Below, in pieces: positions 32,975 to 60,166 of a stretch of DNA of 64,000 bases. A program made the translations under genes and the position numbers. Every line of letters starts with the position of its first letter. The stretch's first letter is position 1. This DNA comes from Styela clava (taxonomy: Eukaryota): the NCBI RefSeq assembly GCF_964204865.1, contig NC_135261.1, forward strand, positions 12,276,001 through 12,340,000, read 5' to 3'. The notes beneath the pieces are model-generated. The model ran no database searches and was not told where the DNA came from. It was given only the letters and a program-made list of their open reading frames with translations.

Positions 32975-33350
32975 AAAAGCCATGAAAAACCCAAACGAAT
33001 TCTGACGCCAAATGTGTTTCAAAATAGTCAAAATCGTGAAATTTGGCATTAAAAAGCCAATATGGCAACCCTGGTATACCACACGATATTAGGCACTTCA
33101 TTTTTAAACCTTGGCAGCGGAAAAACTTGCATTTGTTAAGTAATAATGTGCTTTACCGGGCGTGCCCAGACTCAAATACTGCATGTTTATGTTGTATTTC
33201 GCGCATGCAAAGTACTGCATTCTCCCTGTTGCAAAACACACAACTGGTTCGAGACAATTTTTGAGGGCATTTCAATAAAATTCACATCAGACGCGATCGA
33301 CTGCTAGACCCGTGGCAATAGACTGGTCGATCGCGATTGACGTGTTGGCC
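32975..33350. mobile_element. Fragments of hAT MITE ends (duplicated at ~45030-45405)
   Basis: Terminus …aagccaatatggcaaccctg (~33073) and a gtcgatcgcgat-type subterminal motif (33292-33350). No paired ends were found. Confidence 0.45.
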
Positions 33351-36300
33351 TATATAAGTGTAACATTAATGATAAATAAAGAAAAGTGACAAAATTCCCT
33401 CCCAAGTACAATTAAAAATATTAACTAATGGCTGATAAATGAAAATATGAAGTGTTCATTCCAATTCAAACAATAAAAAATATATATATTCAAAGATCCA
33501 TGTCAGGTGTGTCTTTATATACTCTGTTCTTATAAACATGGCTGCATTCTAACAGTAAATGATCCCAAGAAGAATACTAAATTTCCCAGATCAGAAATAC
33601 AAGAGGAACTAAACAGTAAACTAGTTAGTGATATATTCAGTAATATTGATAATGTAAGCTGTAAAATCTGCAACTAAAGTCTGTAATATTCGAACAAATA
33701 ATCGTTCAATAAACAGTCGAATAAACTTTTTACTTATTTTATTTAATATACAATATTTACAAAACCCTTATAATAAAATTTGAATTTTGATAAATTTGTA
33801 TTTGAGATTACTCTGTCTATATAAATTAATATTAATAGAACAATATTGAAAGAAATGAAATCGTAGCTTCAAGATAGAGCGTGTGAAATAAATAAAGTAA
33901 AAAATAAATTTGAAAAAAAAAATTTCCGAATTTTATTATTGTTGTTCTAACTACCTATGCAGTTAAATATTCAGAATATGAATACTACGAAACTGATAGT
34001 GTTTTGTTTAACCTCACATCTGCAGATATTTCGATGCCAAGTCACAAATAAAATTGTCTTTACATTCTTTCTTTTCTATTTCTTTTCTATTCTTTTTGCG
34101 TCTAAACTCAAAGAATCGTTAAAAAAATTGGTATTTTTTAATTTCTACGTTTTTCCGTAAAATTGTATATCAATCATAGTTTTATTTGAAATCCCTAAAA
34201 AACTTTTTATCCGTGTAAAATTTCCTATTCTACATTGCTCGACAGTTTTCATTTGAAAAATTAAAATTGGGTGAAAACATTATACATAACCCCAAATACA
34301 ATAATTTCTTTTTTCTAACATTTGAAAATATTTTGTACCGATTTTTCATCAATTAGTCATTCGTGAGTAGCAAATAGCTTAAATTCAATAAAAGATTTAA
34401 TGATGTATAACCGAATATTAGCCGTTCCAAACCTAAAGAACAGTTGTTTCAATCACGCGATCCTTTAAAAGGCGATCCGGCAAGCGATAAATGCTATATT
34501 AAATAAAATAGTATTGTCCTGGGTTAAAGAAGCGTGAAGTATAAACTGAACCTCAAAACCTATAACCTAGATTTTAATTGTGCTTTTATTTTTCTGGAAA
34601 TCGGCCACGATGGCTTTACATAAGTATTGTCTTCGATTCACCTTCGATTCACCTAAATAAGTTACATAATTGTTCCCAATTTTCTCAAGTGAACTATTAG
34701 AAAAGATGACAAAGATATACCAAGCCGAAAACAGTTATTGGGGTAGTGCTGCATTGTTCACGATTCATCCAATATGAAACTAGGTTGCACATACATTTAA
34801 TTATTCGCTGTAACGAATTTTTACCTGTTGTCCGTATCGTGGACTGTTTGTACGTATCACAAACTGCTATATTCTAATTGCATTGTTTTACCCGAATTGT
34901 AATACGCTTGGTAATAGTCCTGACTGTGCTGGTTTAGTAGCAATAGGTGATCAAACTGTCCATTTCAACGGCCTGATTCACCGATAACTTGGGTTTGGCA
35001 TATTATCTGTAGCACTAGCTGCTTTGACGTTGACCGTTCATTCACGGATTTGTGGTTTATACATTGCAGTCTTAACTAATCGATTGTTTTTTCTTTTTTT
35101 CGTCAATTTTTCGCCTTCGTCACATATGTTTCCGCTGTTTTAGGTGAACGGATTCTACTGATTTGTTCGTAATCATTTTAGAACTGTATATTGATTGCAG
35201 ATAAAGTTAATAGTTAGTGAAGTTAATAGTGGGGTGGGATGCCGCGTTCGAGATCTTTTCAATTTCATGTTCGGCTACAAATTTCGGATATTTGGTTTCT
35301 AACATATAAACAGAAATAGAATTTTGTGTTGCACCCATGCAGTAATATTTGTCTACGTGCTATTCCATTGTGAAGATATTGGTGTCTTCCTGTGCGAGTT
35401 GTTATATTTGTTAATTTCGCGGCACAAGATAAATCTGCGATAGATTTGAAGGCTTGCCCTTTTGCATAGTAACTATGGGGCGCCACCTACCGATTCAATC
35501 ACTGAGAAATTCCACAACGACTTATTCATGCTTCCACAATTGCCATCACGGAGTAAACTGATTTCAATTGCTTAGCGATGTAGTGCGTAGAATGAAGAAG
35601 CTTTTTGGATGCCATCCACTACATATCTATCTGAAATGAGTACTGAACCAATTTTATTTCTGTGTAGCTAAAACTTTGTCCAGTATGCATGTATGACGGA
35701 AAGATCTAAAACCCCGTTATGGCCAAATTTTCGAAACTGTACTAGAACGTAGAGATCACCAACTTAACATTGTGTTTGCGTTTTTTACACAACTTTAGCG
35801 TGGATTGATTCTAGCTGTAAAAATAAAATATTCAGTTGTAATGACTTGACCAACCACCTAGATTTTGATTTTTTTTTTAAACTTTTTGTGCATAATTAAA
35901 CATTGGTCTCTGTAAGGTTTGTAAAAGTGTAACACGGTAAAAAAAGGTGGATATCACTGTTATAGAGCATATACAGATATACACCAACCAAGTTGAAATT
36001 AGGAGGAACTCAGGGAAGTAATTTATTGATAACACGGACCGTCACTGTACGTAGATGGTAAAATTTTTAGTAAATTATTTTAACGCCAATGTGTTTTTAC
36101 TGATGCCCGTAGTAAGATGAACTACGCATGGCCAACTAAGCTACATGGAAATTGCATATGTTACATAGTAATTTTAATTGAATATGGAACATGTTTAGTC
36201 AAATCTTAGGATATTCAGAAGCAGTATTACTCTCTGTCATAAAATTAATTAATTTTTCAATGGGAGTCATTGTCTTGGACATTTTAAAATTTCAGAATAG

Positions 36301-36673
36301 ATTTTGGTACGAAACACTTTTTATATAAATACCAACACCCACATCAAGGACGTTCATTCTTATTGATTCAAAGGCGTGCACAGCTCAATAAGACATTCGG
36401 GTAAAATTTACCTGAATTTTAAGATGCGATCATGAGATACTGTTTTGAACCGCAGGCTGAAATGGGACCTGTGAGGACTCCTTTGAATCCATTTAGATTG
36501 AAATGAATATGTCTAAATATTGAGTTCTGTCTTCATAACTTTGATTTGATAAAAGTATATTTTGTATGTCAATCATCTAGTTTTTATATTTAACTTCATA
36601 ATCTAATCTATAAATGTGACATGCAATTATTGTTCGAATTAATCCTAAAACATTTTCATGAAAGAATTCATAA

Positions 36674-43054
<6,381 letters not shown>

Positions 43055-43287
43055 AATGTTTTATAAATATATTCTAAAATTTGTGAAATATTAGGAAAAA
43101 ACTTCAAACTGCATTCTCTTAATTGTTCGATTTCCTGCTTCATTTATGCGTTTTTATTCATTTATAGCCCTCTATGTGGCTGTAACTGACTTCTTTCTTT
43201 TGTTTGTGCTAGCTTTTGATATTTTTGTCAATTACAAAAGTGGACAAATAATAATGCTGCATATATGTCCTGTTTCCTGTTCCAAAT

Positions 43288-44324
43288 CAGACGGGCCGAA
43301 CCTTTTTCGTCTCACGGGCCACTTTCACGTGACGAAATTCGTTGCTGGCCGCAATCGTTTGTACCAAACATTAATACCAGCTAAGTCCTGATTTCGGTGT
43401 AGGTCATTTAAATAGCACATGAAAGGCAAGTTTATCAACATAAAATCAATCAAGTTAATAATTTCTTTCTGGTTACTGTGCAGGGCTGGCAAATTATTCG
43501 AATATCAAGTCAAATATTAGAATAGCAGTTTACTATTCGAATATCTGGTAACACGTGCGTGGATGACACTCGCGGGCCACCGGATCAAAGAATTAATCAT
43601 TAGATTCATTACACAACACACTTGCGGTTTTTTGACGAACACACACACATCACGTCAAAATTGAGTGTAATATTTGCGTTATAGTGTTTTTATTCATTCA
43701 TTTTCAGTAGCTATGATACTGCGTCAATGTTTGAATAAGCATAATGTGCGCCAATGTCGCGGGAATATCAAGTTAGGTGGGTCGTTTTGTAAAATTTGAA
43801 ACACCTGTACAAGTATTTAATGAAGTGACATTACAAAGATTTCTGGACGAATAGCCTATATATACTAATTTGTGACTAATATGTAGCAATGTCAACTTCC
43901 TCAGAATTATTGACGGATACGACTTTAGTGAAGACATTTCCGAAATCTTATTTAACGCAAACATAACAAAACCAAAGATATTGTTGACTTTTCATTTTGC
44001 CTTTGCGATAACCTATAATTGCGCTCAGCGTTCGTCCCCAGTGATCACACAATATCTTTCGAGTTCTTCGAACAGAACGTACAGTTTTGCGAGAAAAAAA
44101 AACTGACTTCGATGTCCACCAGGGTGCAAGACTTGACACATACGTAATAATTTGAACCGGCATTTGAATGTAGATAGATGGCAGAAATATCACACCAAAA
44201 TCACGAAACATACTTAAGCCTATATATTGATATATAAAATAGTGAAAATTTAAAAAGTCTGCTTACAAACATTATAGGCGGGCCGCAATAAACAGTTTGG
44301 CGGGCCGCGGGTTGAGCAGCCTTG
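43288..44324. mobile_element. Duplicate of the hAT element at 31148-32199, upstream of copy C
   Basis: Same ends and interior; TSD ttccaaat/ttctaaat. Confidence 0.88.
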
Positions 44325-44799
44325 TTCTAAATAAACTTGTTAAATTTACATTTTTTGCTATATTTTACTGATAAAGAGAGAGACAGCAGTATTTTGTCAA
44401 TTCAGGTGAATACAATACATCATGTATACCGCTTTAGGAAGTTTCTACTTTAACATGCGATATATATTCCTCAGAAAATTCTCCCGATATTTTACTATTG
44501 AATTTTTTTCATGATTGGTTTGAAGTGTTGGCGATTATAAACTTGTTCACATGTTTGAAGACGTCGTTTTTAATGAAATTATTTAATCACATGCCGCTTG
44601 CACAGATAGTCTACTAATGATTTTAGCCTATATAAATAATCACGTCGTTTGCGAGAATTTTGATTACCGCAACCAAACTAAAGCTCCTCGGAAGATAAAT
44701 GCAAAACTAAGAAAACGAAGCTGCTTGAACATCTGTCTGAGCGACTGCAGAAACTGCAATTGGTATATTATTTTAAGTGATTCAATACAATAGTCTTGC

Positions 44800-44862
44800 T
44801 GCACACTAAGACAAATATATCTCTGTAACGTTTCGTCTGACCAAGGTCAGACTTCCTCATAG
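44800..44862 (-). repeat. Hammerhead-like repeat copy (duplicate of 32740-32810)
   Basis: Minus strand aTGAGGA-A-GTCTGACC-TT-GGTCAGAC-GAAA-CGTTA-CAGAG. Confidence 0.55.
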
Positions 44863-46880
44863 TTCAATTTAATCGATAGCACATGTATGTCATTGTTGGC
44901 ATCTTTTTGATTGATTGTGGTTAAGGGAAAATCTAAATGTTGAGTAGCTGAGATTGCTATTGTTGCACAATAAATACCTGTATTGTATTTTGAATTATTT
45001 TAATAATAGACAGTAGAATGGACATCAAAAAAGCCAAGAAAAAGCCAAACGGAAATTCTGACGCCAAACGTGTTTCCAAAAAGCCAAAATAATGAAATTT
45101 GGCGTTAAAAAAACCAATATGGCAACCTTGGTATTGACACACGATATTAGGCACTTCATTTTTAAACCTTGGCAGAGGAAAAACTTGCATTTGTTACGTG
45201 ATAATGTGCTTTATCGGTCGTGCCAAGACTCAAATACTGTATGTGTATGTTGTATTTTCCGGATGTAAAGTTACTGTATTCTCCCTGTTGCAAAACACAC
45301 AAATGGTTTGAGACAATTTTTAAGGGCATTTCAATAAAATTCACATCAGACGCGATCGACTGCTAGACCCGTGGCGATAGACCGGTCGATCGCGATTGAC
45401 GTGCTATTGCTGATAAATAAAAGTATGAAGTGTTCATGCAAAGTCAAACAATAACAAATATCTCTATTCAAAGATCCATGTCAGGTGCGTCTTTATATAC
45501 TCTGTTCCTATAAACATGGCTGCATTCTAACAGTAAATGATCCCAAGAAGAAAACTAAATTTCCCAGATCAGAAATACAAGAGGAACTAAACAGTAAACT
45601 AGTTAGTGATATCTCCAGTAATATTGATAATGTAAGCTGTATAAGCTGCAACTAAAGTCTGTAATATTCAAACAATCTTTCAAATAATCTTTCTATAAAC
45701 AGTCGAATAAATTTTTTACTTCTTTTATTTAATATACAATATTTACAAAACCCTTATAATAAAATTTGAATTTTGATAAATTTGTATTTGAGATTACTCT
45801 GTCTATATAAAAAATGATTAAGTGTCAAAAATTAATATTAATAGAATAATATTGAAAGAAATAAAATCGTAGCTTCAAGATAGAACATGTGAAATAAATA
45901 AAGTAAAAAATAAATTTGAAAAAAAAAAAAATTTCCGAACTTTATTATTGTTGTTCTAACTACTTATGCAGTTAAATATTCAGAATATGAATACTACGAA
46001 ACTGATAGTGTTATGTTTAACCTCACACCTGCAGATATTTCAATGCCAAGTCACGATTAAAATTGTCTTCACTTTCTTTCTTTTCTATAATTTTTGCGTC
46101 TAAACTCGAAGAATGGTTAAAAAAGTTGGTATTTTTAAATTCTACGTTTTTCCGCAAAATTATATATCAATCCTAGTTTTAACTGAAATCCTTAAAAATC
46201 TTTTTACCTGTGTAAAATTTCCTATTATACATTGCCCGACAGTTTTCATTTGACAAACTAAAATTTGGTGAAAACATTATATATAATCTCAAACACAATA
46301 TTTTCTTTTTTCTCACATTTGAAAATATTTTGTACCGATTTTTCATCAATTAGTCGTTCCTGAGTAGCAAATAGCTTAAATTCAATAAAAGCCGTTCCAA
46401 ACCTTAAAAAGACTTGGTTCAATAACGCGATCCTTTAAAATGCGATTCAGCGTAGCGATAAATGCGATATAAAATAAAATAGTATTGTCCTGGGTTAAAG
46501 AAGCGTGAAGTATAAACTGAACCTCAAAACCTATAACCTAGGTTTTAATTGTGCTCTTATTTTATTGGAAATCGCCACGGTGGCTTTATGTAAGTATCGT
46601 CCTCGATTCACCTTAAATAAGTTACATAATTGTTCCCAATTTTCTCAAGTGAACAATTAGAAAAGATGACAAAGATATACTAGGTCTAAAACTAGGTTGT
46701 ACACACATTTAATTATTCGCCGTACCAAATTTTTACCTGTTGTCCGCCGTATCGTGGACTGTTTGTACGTATCACGAATTGCAATATTCTAAGTGCATTG
46801 TTTTACCCGAATTGTAATACACTTGGTAATAGTCCTGACTGTGTTGGTTTTGTAGCAATGGTTGATCGAAATGTCCATTT

Positions 46881-47915
46881 AACTTTTGCCCAAAAATATT
46901 GGGTGGTTGGACAATAAAAAAATTAGTGAAATAGGTCTTCAATTGCATTTTCACAAAATCCACAAAAATTCGAATTCGCCAAGTTAAATTCATATAAAAT
47001 ATTATTTAGTACAATGGCCTTCAGAAAAAATTTAGTTTGATAAGATTTTAGTTTAGTTTCAATTGTTGAATTGTAATTACAGCCAATTAAATTCGTTGGG
47101 TAAATTTAGATTTTCTTTCCAAAACCCTTGTTGTTTTTCCGTGGGAATAAATTTATTTTCTATAATACGTTTATACGATGAGCGGCACGTATTTTCACAT
47201 AATGTACTGGATAAAAATTCATTAAAATCAGACATATTTATATTCTGTAAACAATTAAGATCACTAGAATTCAACATTCTGGTATGCAGCCAATTAATTC
47301 ATAGTAGTTATAGTAGTATTTATCGATACTCATTTACATTATATTCTATACCGTAACGTTCTATCAGTTGAAAATAAGGGAATAGAGAATTTCTGTTCAC
47401 CAAGTGGTGTAATTTACAGACTGCTTGTTCTTTCCATTTTTTTTTCATTAAAAATGGCATTCTTGCATGTTGCAATTTATTGTTGTACCATAATGATTCA
47501 TTGGATATTGGCATTACATGTGCCAACTCGCATGAAGAGAGAGTTATACCATAAATTTCCTTTTAGTAAACAATGTATTTCTATATCTCGTAAATGATAA
47601 AGTTTAATTGTTTTCCAATTACTCTCTCTCGACTCATCAATCAGGTGATACAACCATTTCAGTTTTTTAGAAATAATGACACTTTCAACATCTACCGTAT
47701 CAATTCCACATTTCATTTTCGGGCTAATCAGTGTTTTACGCTTGACTCTTTCCCAATTTGAATTCCACAAAAAACGAAATATTATGGAAGAATTCAGTGA
47801 TTTTACGAATTTTTCGGGTATCGTAACTGGTAAAAATGTAAATTGATATGTAAAAAGGAATAGAATTATTGATTTGATTACACACACTTTTCCCAGAATT
47901 ATAAAATTTGAAAAC
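46881..47915 (-). mobile_element. Frameshifted internal fragment of an L1/Tx1-type LINE ORF2 (post-RT region plus zinc-finger/zf-RVT)
   Basis: ILGKVCVIKS…IFRFLWNSNWERVKRKTLISPKMKCGI…KLKWL; ESLWYNN; FCGFCENAIEDLFH*FFYCPTTQYFW. Truncated at both ends with no poly-A. Confidence 0.85.
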
Positions 47916-48894
47916 TCACTTGATATGGCCCTTCGAATAGGGATTTTTATTATTATTTGACTTTCCATGAACTCGTTGTTATTCATTTGTCAAAAAGTAA
48001 TTATTATTTTTTTAATGCATCCGGGAAGGAATTTTTTCTCTTCTCTTCATTTATCATCAATCTTCCTCTGGTATATCGCAATGGTGTAGTTATAAAAGAT
48101 TACAGTTTACGATTTAGTTTCATTCAGTTTTCTTATTTGTTTAGTGCAATAAAATTTATTTACACTAAAGACATTGTTATAAAACAGGAAATACGGTGTG
48201 AATAAATATTTGCATTCCAGCTTTAAAACGGTCAAAAGGCAAACAGAGATAGTATATTTTTTCGGATAATACTCATAAAAACTACATAAAATCTTTCTTG
48301 ACATGATTAAATCATTGATCTAGTTCGCCAGGGTGCTTTTAACACTGTAGTTTTAAATGGCAAGATTAATTTAGTATTGTAAGTGATGGAGGTCGTATTA
48401 GCTATATTCGAATCTTCAAGTTATAATCTTTGAGCAAAAGTTGCGTTCAAGTTATCAGTTTTGCATGATTAACACAATTGAAGTATTTTCTGGTTTATTT
48501 TAGCAAGCATTTTAACTGATTTGGATTTTAAGAACTATCCGCAATATCCTTTCCACTTTAAAACAAAGGTTTCACAATTTTACGTTTAAAATGACATTTC
48601 TATATTAACGATATTCTGTGAATCAGTAAAATATAGCAAAAAGGAAAGAATTAACAATTTATACAAAATATGAAACAGGATCTATCTGCAGCAATATTGT
48701 TTTTCCCACTGTTGTCATTGACAATATCAAAAGCTAGCACAAACAAAAGAAAGAAGTCAATTACCGTCACATGGTGGGCTATTGAATCAATAAAACACGC
48801 CATAAACAAAGCGATCAATTGAGCGAATACTAGAATACAGATTGAAGTTTTGTTATAATATTTTAGAATTTTTAGAATATATCTATAAAATACA

Positions 48895-55946
<7,052 letters not shown>

Positions 55947-57364
55947 TTATAAGTTTTTCATGAAAAGGTTAATTTGAACAATAATTGCATGTAATATATA
56001 TAGAATCGATTATGGAGCTAAATATAAATACTAGATGCGTGACATATAAAATATATCTTTATCAAACCACAGCTTGGAATACCGAACAGAACATTTAGAA
56101 ATATATATTTCTGTCTAAATGATTTTCAAAGGAGTTCTCACAGGTCCCATCTCAGTTGGTGGGTAAAAACAGTAAACATTGGTTTCCACTCAAAATTCAA
56201 TCAAGTTTCACCCGCATGGCTAATTAAACTGTGCATACATTTGAATCAATAAAGATGAACGTCTTTGAAGATGGGTTTTGATCTTTGTGCAAAAACTCTT
56301 TCGTACCAAAGTCTACTTTGAGATTTGAAATGTTCAAAACAAGGACTTTCATTGCAAAGAATTATTTAATTTTATGAACGGAGTGTAATGCTGCTCCTGA
56401 ATATCCTCAGATTTGACCAAAAAGGTTGCATAATCATTGTAAAAGAAACTATGCAACATATGAAAAACTTATTTCTTTAAACGGTAGGTTCCAATATGCA
56501 CTGAGAACGCTTGAAAATTTACTGCGGTTGCCGCGTAGGTGGTTTGGCCATGCGTATGACATCTTTCTACGAGCATCAGTAGAAACACATCGGCGTTCAA
56601 AGTAGGTAACTAAAAAATTTACCAGATACCTACAGTGACGGTCGGTGTTATCAATACATTATTGACCTGAATCCCCACCTATTCCCAATTGGGTGATGTA
56701 TATGCTCTATAAGAGTGATCTCCAACCTATGCTTTACCGTGTTACACCTTTACAACGACCAATGTTTAATTCTGCACAAAAAATAAAAATCTAGGTGGTT
56801 GGTCGAACTATTACAAATGATTATTTTAGTTTTTACTGCTAGAAGCAATTAATTACCCATGCAAAAGTTGTGTAAAAAAAAACAAATTCAATTTAGTGAT
56901 CGTTCTTCTATAGTATAATTTTGACAATTTAATCCTAACGGGGTTTTAGTTCTTTTTCAATTGCTCCCCGCATTAAAGAATCAAATTTAGTTTCTCTTTT
57001 TGACTTGATTGATTTTGACTGATTTCAACAAGACTAGAAAACACTTCTTCCCACATATAAGTTTTAGGCATCTCCACTAAGACAGCAGCGGCTTTTTCGA
57101 CAATATCTTTGATCTCGTGAAATTCGAGAATATATTTTAAACTAACGATACTGCGATATCACCATGCAATCTTATAGGCTACAGTCCCCTATTTGCGAAC
57201 GATGTAATGTTGTTTTTTCGGTCATAGATTCAATGCTAATAATGTTCAACGTCAAACGAGTCACGTGTATGGTAGCCGGCATCATCAATCCACCACGCGC
57301 CTGCTAGTATCTATATTAATTCTGATGTAACAAAGTGCTTTGCGTAAATGATATTTTATATTTC

Positions 57365-57580
57365 ATTCTATGCAGTTCAAGAATCCTGCTACACACTAAC
57401 ACTAATGTATTTCTGTGGCGTTTCATTGATCAAAATCAGACTTACTCAGACAAGCAGTTTATAACATTATTGTATATTGTTGTAAACTGCTCGTCTGAGT
57501 AAGTCTGATTTTGGTCAGACAAAAGTTACAGAAATACTTTTGTATTACGGTGCAGCAGGAATCTTGAATTGCATAGTATA
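57365..57580. repeat. Inverted pair of hammerhead-like repeats forming a ~100-bp-arm hairpin
   Basis: …aaaatcagacttactcagacaagcagtttataaca-ttattgtatat-tgttgtaaactgctcgtctgagtaagtctgatttt…; the arms extend to ctatgcagttcaagaatcctgct / agcaggaatcttgaattgcatag. Confidence 0.8.
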
Positions 57581-58061
57581 GTATTTTAATTCTTCTTCAG
57601 CATTCTTGCATTATACGGAAACACTAGCGCAAAGACATCCAGAGTTAGGATTGGGAGTTAGTCTTGCGCATTCTCTACTGATAGATATATTTCATTGTTT
57701 TCAAATACTGTACCAAAATTAAAACATTGTCAGTCGACAATGAAGGATGCCTTTAAAGATATTTTTGAAAATTTAATGGGGGTCGGGTCGCGCTAGCCTA
57801 CCCACTCTGGTTATGGCCTTGTATAGGCAGCCGACATGCAGCCAAGCTCACGACAAAACACTAAGGATTTTCGAAGTTAGCTGCAACATGAAGGCAGGTC
57901 GGTAAATTTTCACACTCAAATCTGAAGGAAAAAACTGAATCTGAAGGAAAAAATCCCCAAAATGTGAATGTCCCTTTCGACGGTCTTCCCTATCGATGTG
58001 CGCCACGTTTGCATTGTTGTCTTAAATGTTCTATCATATTAGAGTTCAGACGCCCCTAGGC

Positions 58062-58424
58062 CAGCGATCTGCAATTCAATGGAAATAAAGGCATAAAGCC
58101 AATACTCCTCACTTGTTACACACCACAGTCGGTCCCAAAGTATAAGTAGCGAGCAGTGAAAATGGGCCGCATTAGAAGTGATTCAAGTCTGTCAAAACAA
58201 ACGGTTTTTTTTTTCATTTTTTCCTTTTTTTTTCACCATAAACTGATTTATTGCTTATACGGACCCACTACTACAAAGGAAGTATTGGCGGTTACTGTCG
58301 CGCAACAAAACTTATATTTCGTATTTCCTTCGTCTTCGTCCTAGTAAGAGCTGGATTATTGCATCATAAGTGGATTGAAATGGTGCCAAATGATTCTTTC
58401 AATGCTAAAATTTGCCGACCCGTG
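58062..58424. mobile_element. Degenerate hAT MITE
   Basis: Imperfect TIRs cagcgatctgcaa / ttgccgacccgtg; 8-bp TSD ccctaggc/ccctacgc. Confidence 0.55.
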
Positions 58425-58439
58425 CCCTACGCTGTACAC

Positions 58440-59217
58440 CAGGGATCGACAACCTTTTGTCGCTAGCGGATCAAAATTAAGGGTTGCAAGTCATTGGCGG
58501 GCGGCACATATTTTTAGAAAGTTAAAATCCAAACGGATGGCCTATGAATCACATTTTTTCACACAGATTAGAAATTAAATTTTGAGCATCGCACGAAGAC
58601 TGCGCCAGCTCGTGAACTCAACTTGGTTGAAAAAAAAAAATTACATTTGATGTGACACTTTTTGTTGCAACACGCTTTTCTAAATTGGGCACTGGATAAA
58701 GCCAAGATTATAAAACATTTCATAAATAGGAATCACTAATCCAACTTCTCAGCTTATTCTTTGGTATGATTTTTTTTTCGAAAATATTTGTTCGCATGCA
58801 TATGTACTTCGAAACATCGATGTGAATTTTTTTTGCATGTTTTGTAAAATTTGGATCGAGTTTTCTATGAAGACAATACTTCTTATAATGAAAATCAAGC
58901 AGTAATACATCTCTCGAATAGAAAATAGATTTATTTCCTCATTGCATTGCATCTCCAAAAAATCCATTTGAATATTTTCGGCGCCACTGAACCCTTTTCG
59001 CTTAGCATCAACTTTTCTGCGTTTTGTTGCCATTTGTCTAATTATAATTAAATTATAGGCTCGTTAAACGAGTAGTTGTGAATAACATACATGGTAGGTT
59101 ATAATATAATTTAGTCTACATGTGTCTCACAATAAATTCTGTTACGTGAAGAATATAATAGTCAAAACATACATTACGGATTATATTACTCCGCGGACCG
59201 TGATTTGCCGACCCCTG
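58440..59217 (-). mobile_element. Internally deleted hAT (SPIN/GTF2IRD2-like Buster group) transposon
   Basis: TIRs cagggatcgacaa / ttgccgacccctg and TSD ctgtacac/ctgtacag. ORF 59033-58749 fuses a transposase-like N-terminus (MATKRRKVDA.R.F) to a C-terminus (SMFRSTYACEQIFS). Confidence 0.88.
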
Positions 59218-59821
59218 CTGTACAGCCTTCGTCTATCATTTTTCAGTTGTATAATCTACTTATGATCCATTGTACACTTGGGTATATATAACGTATATCC
59301 GATTGAAGATTACTATCCTACAACATGCTGTCCTAATAAAATAGAAAAGAAGAAGATGTCAAGTTTTAAAATTAAGTTCATTTGTATTTTTGCTTGCATG
59401 AGTTCATCAAAATTTGGAGGAGACATTATTTCCTTCGTCAAGAAGGACAATGTTCCCATTCATTCTCATTTATATCAAATCAGTATTCAAACAACTGGTT
59501 AATATAAACCCTGATTAACAAATAAAAAAGAAGGATGTTCATCATCTGGTTTATTTTTGTCCATTGAACTTCAACCGACCAGCCAGAAACATGCTACATC
59601 AATGCGGTTCTGCCCTTCTAGAAATCCTACGCCACGGCACACCTTACTCTGCTAAATGTTGCTCTGCTCTCATGTTGGCGCTCAAATATTATTTGACTGA
59701 TCTGTCCCATTTATGCAGATTTATATATAAGGACCGGAATCATTCATGATGCCAACCCCCACCTCCTTGCACCCCCTTCCCCCAAACAAATTATCTTCAA
59801 ATTGTATGTGTCTAAAACGAC

Positions 59822-59870
<49 letters not shown>
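59822..59870. repeat. (TA)n(TG)n compound microsatellite
   Basis: Read directly from the sequence. Confidence 0.95.
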
Positions 59871-60166
59871 ACGTTTTACAAAATAAATTGTCACTGATCC
59901 ACAATGTGAAATAACGGTAAAGATATATAAACTCCAGCTACTCCCTTCCTTAGCTAGATTTTGACGGATATGTAAATTTAATCGTTAGGTATAATTCCCC
60001 TAAAATCTCACTGTACAAAACTACAATGGAAAGTGATATGTACTTTGGCCAGCTTTGGGTGAAGTTATTTCTTAAAGACTAACACAGTACACAACCATAA
60101 CTCTGATATATAACTTCTGTAGTCTTAATATTTAAATGCATTAATTCACTATATATCTATTTGAAA

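Noticed and set aside
35265-35486. C-type-lectin-like remnant (also ~22530-22750 and ~2160-2200)
   Set aside because: Only faint Cys/WIGL resemblance; the frame is not conserved between duplicates.
47916-47986. N-terminus of ORF 47498-47986 as LINE protein
   Set aside because: This part is the reverse complement of the shared esterase upstream block, so the read-through is fortuitous.
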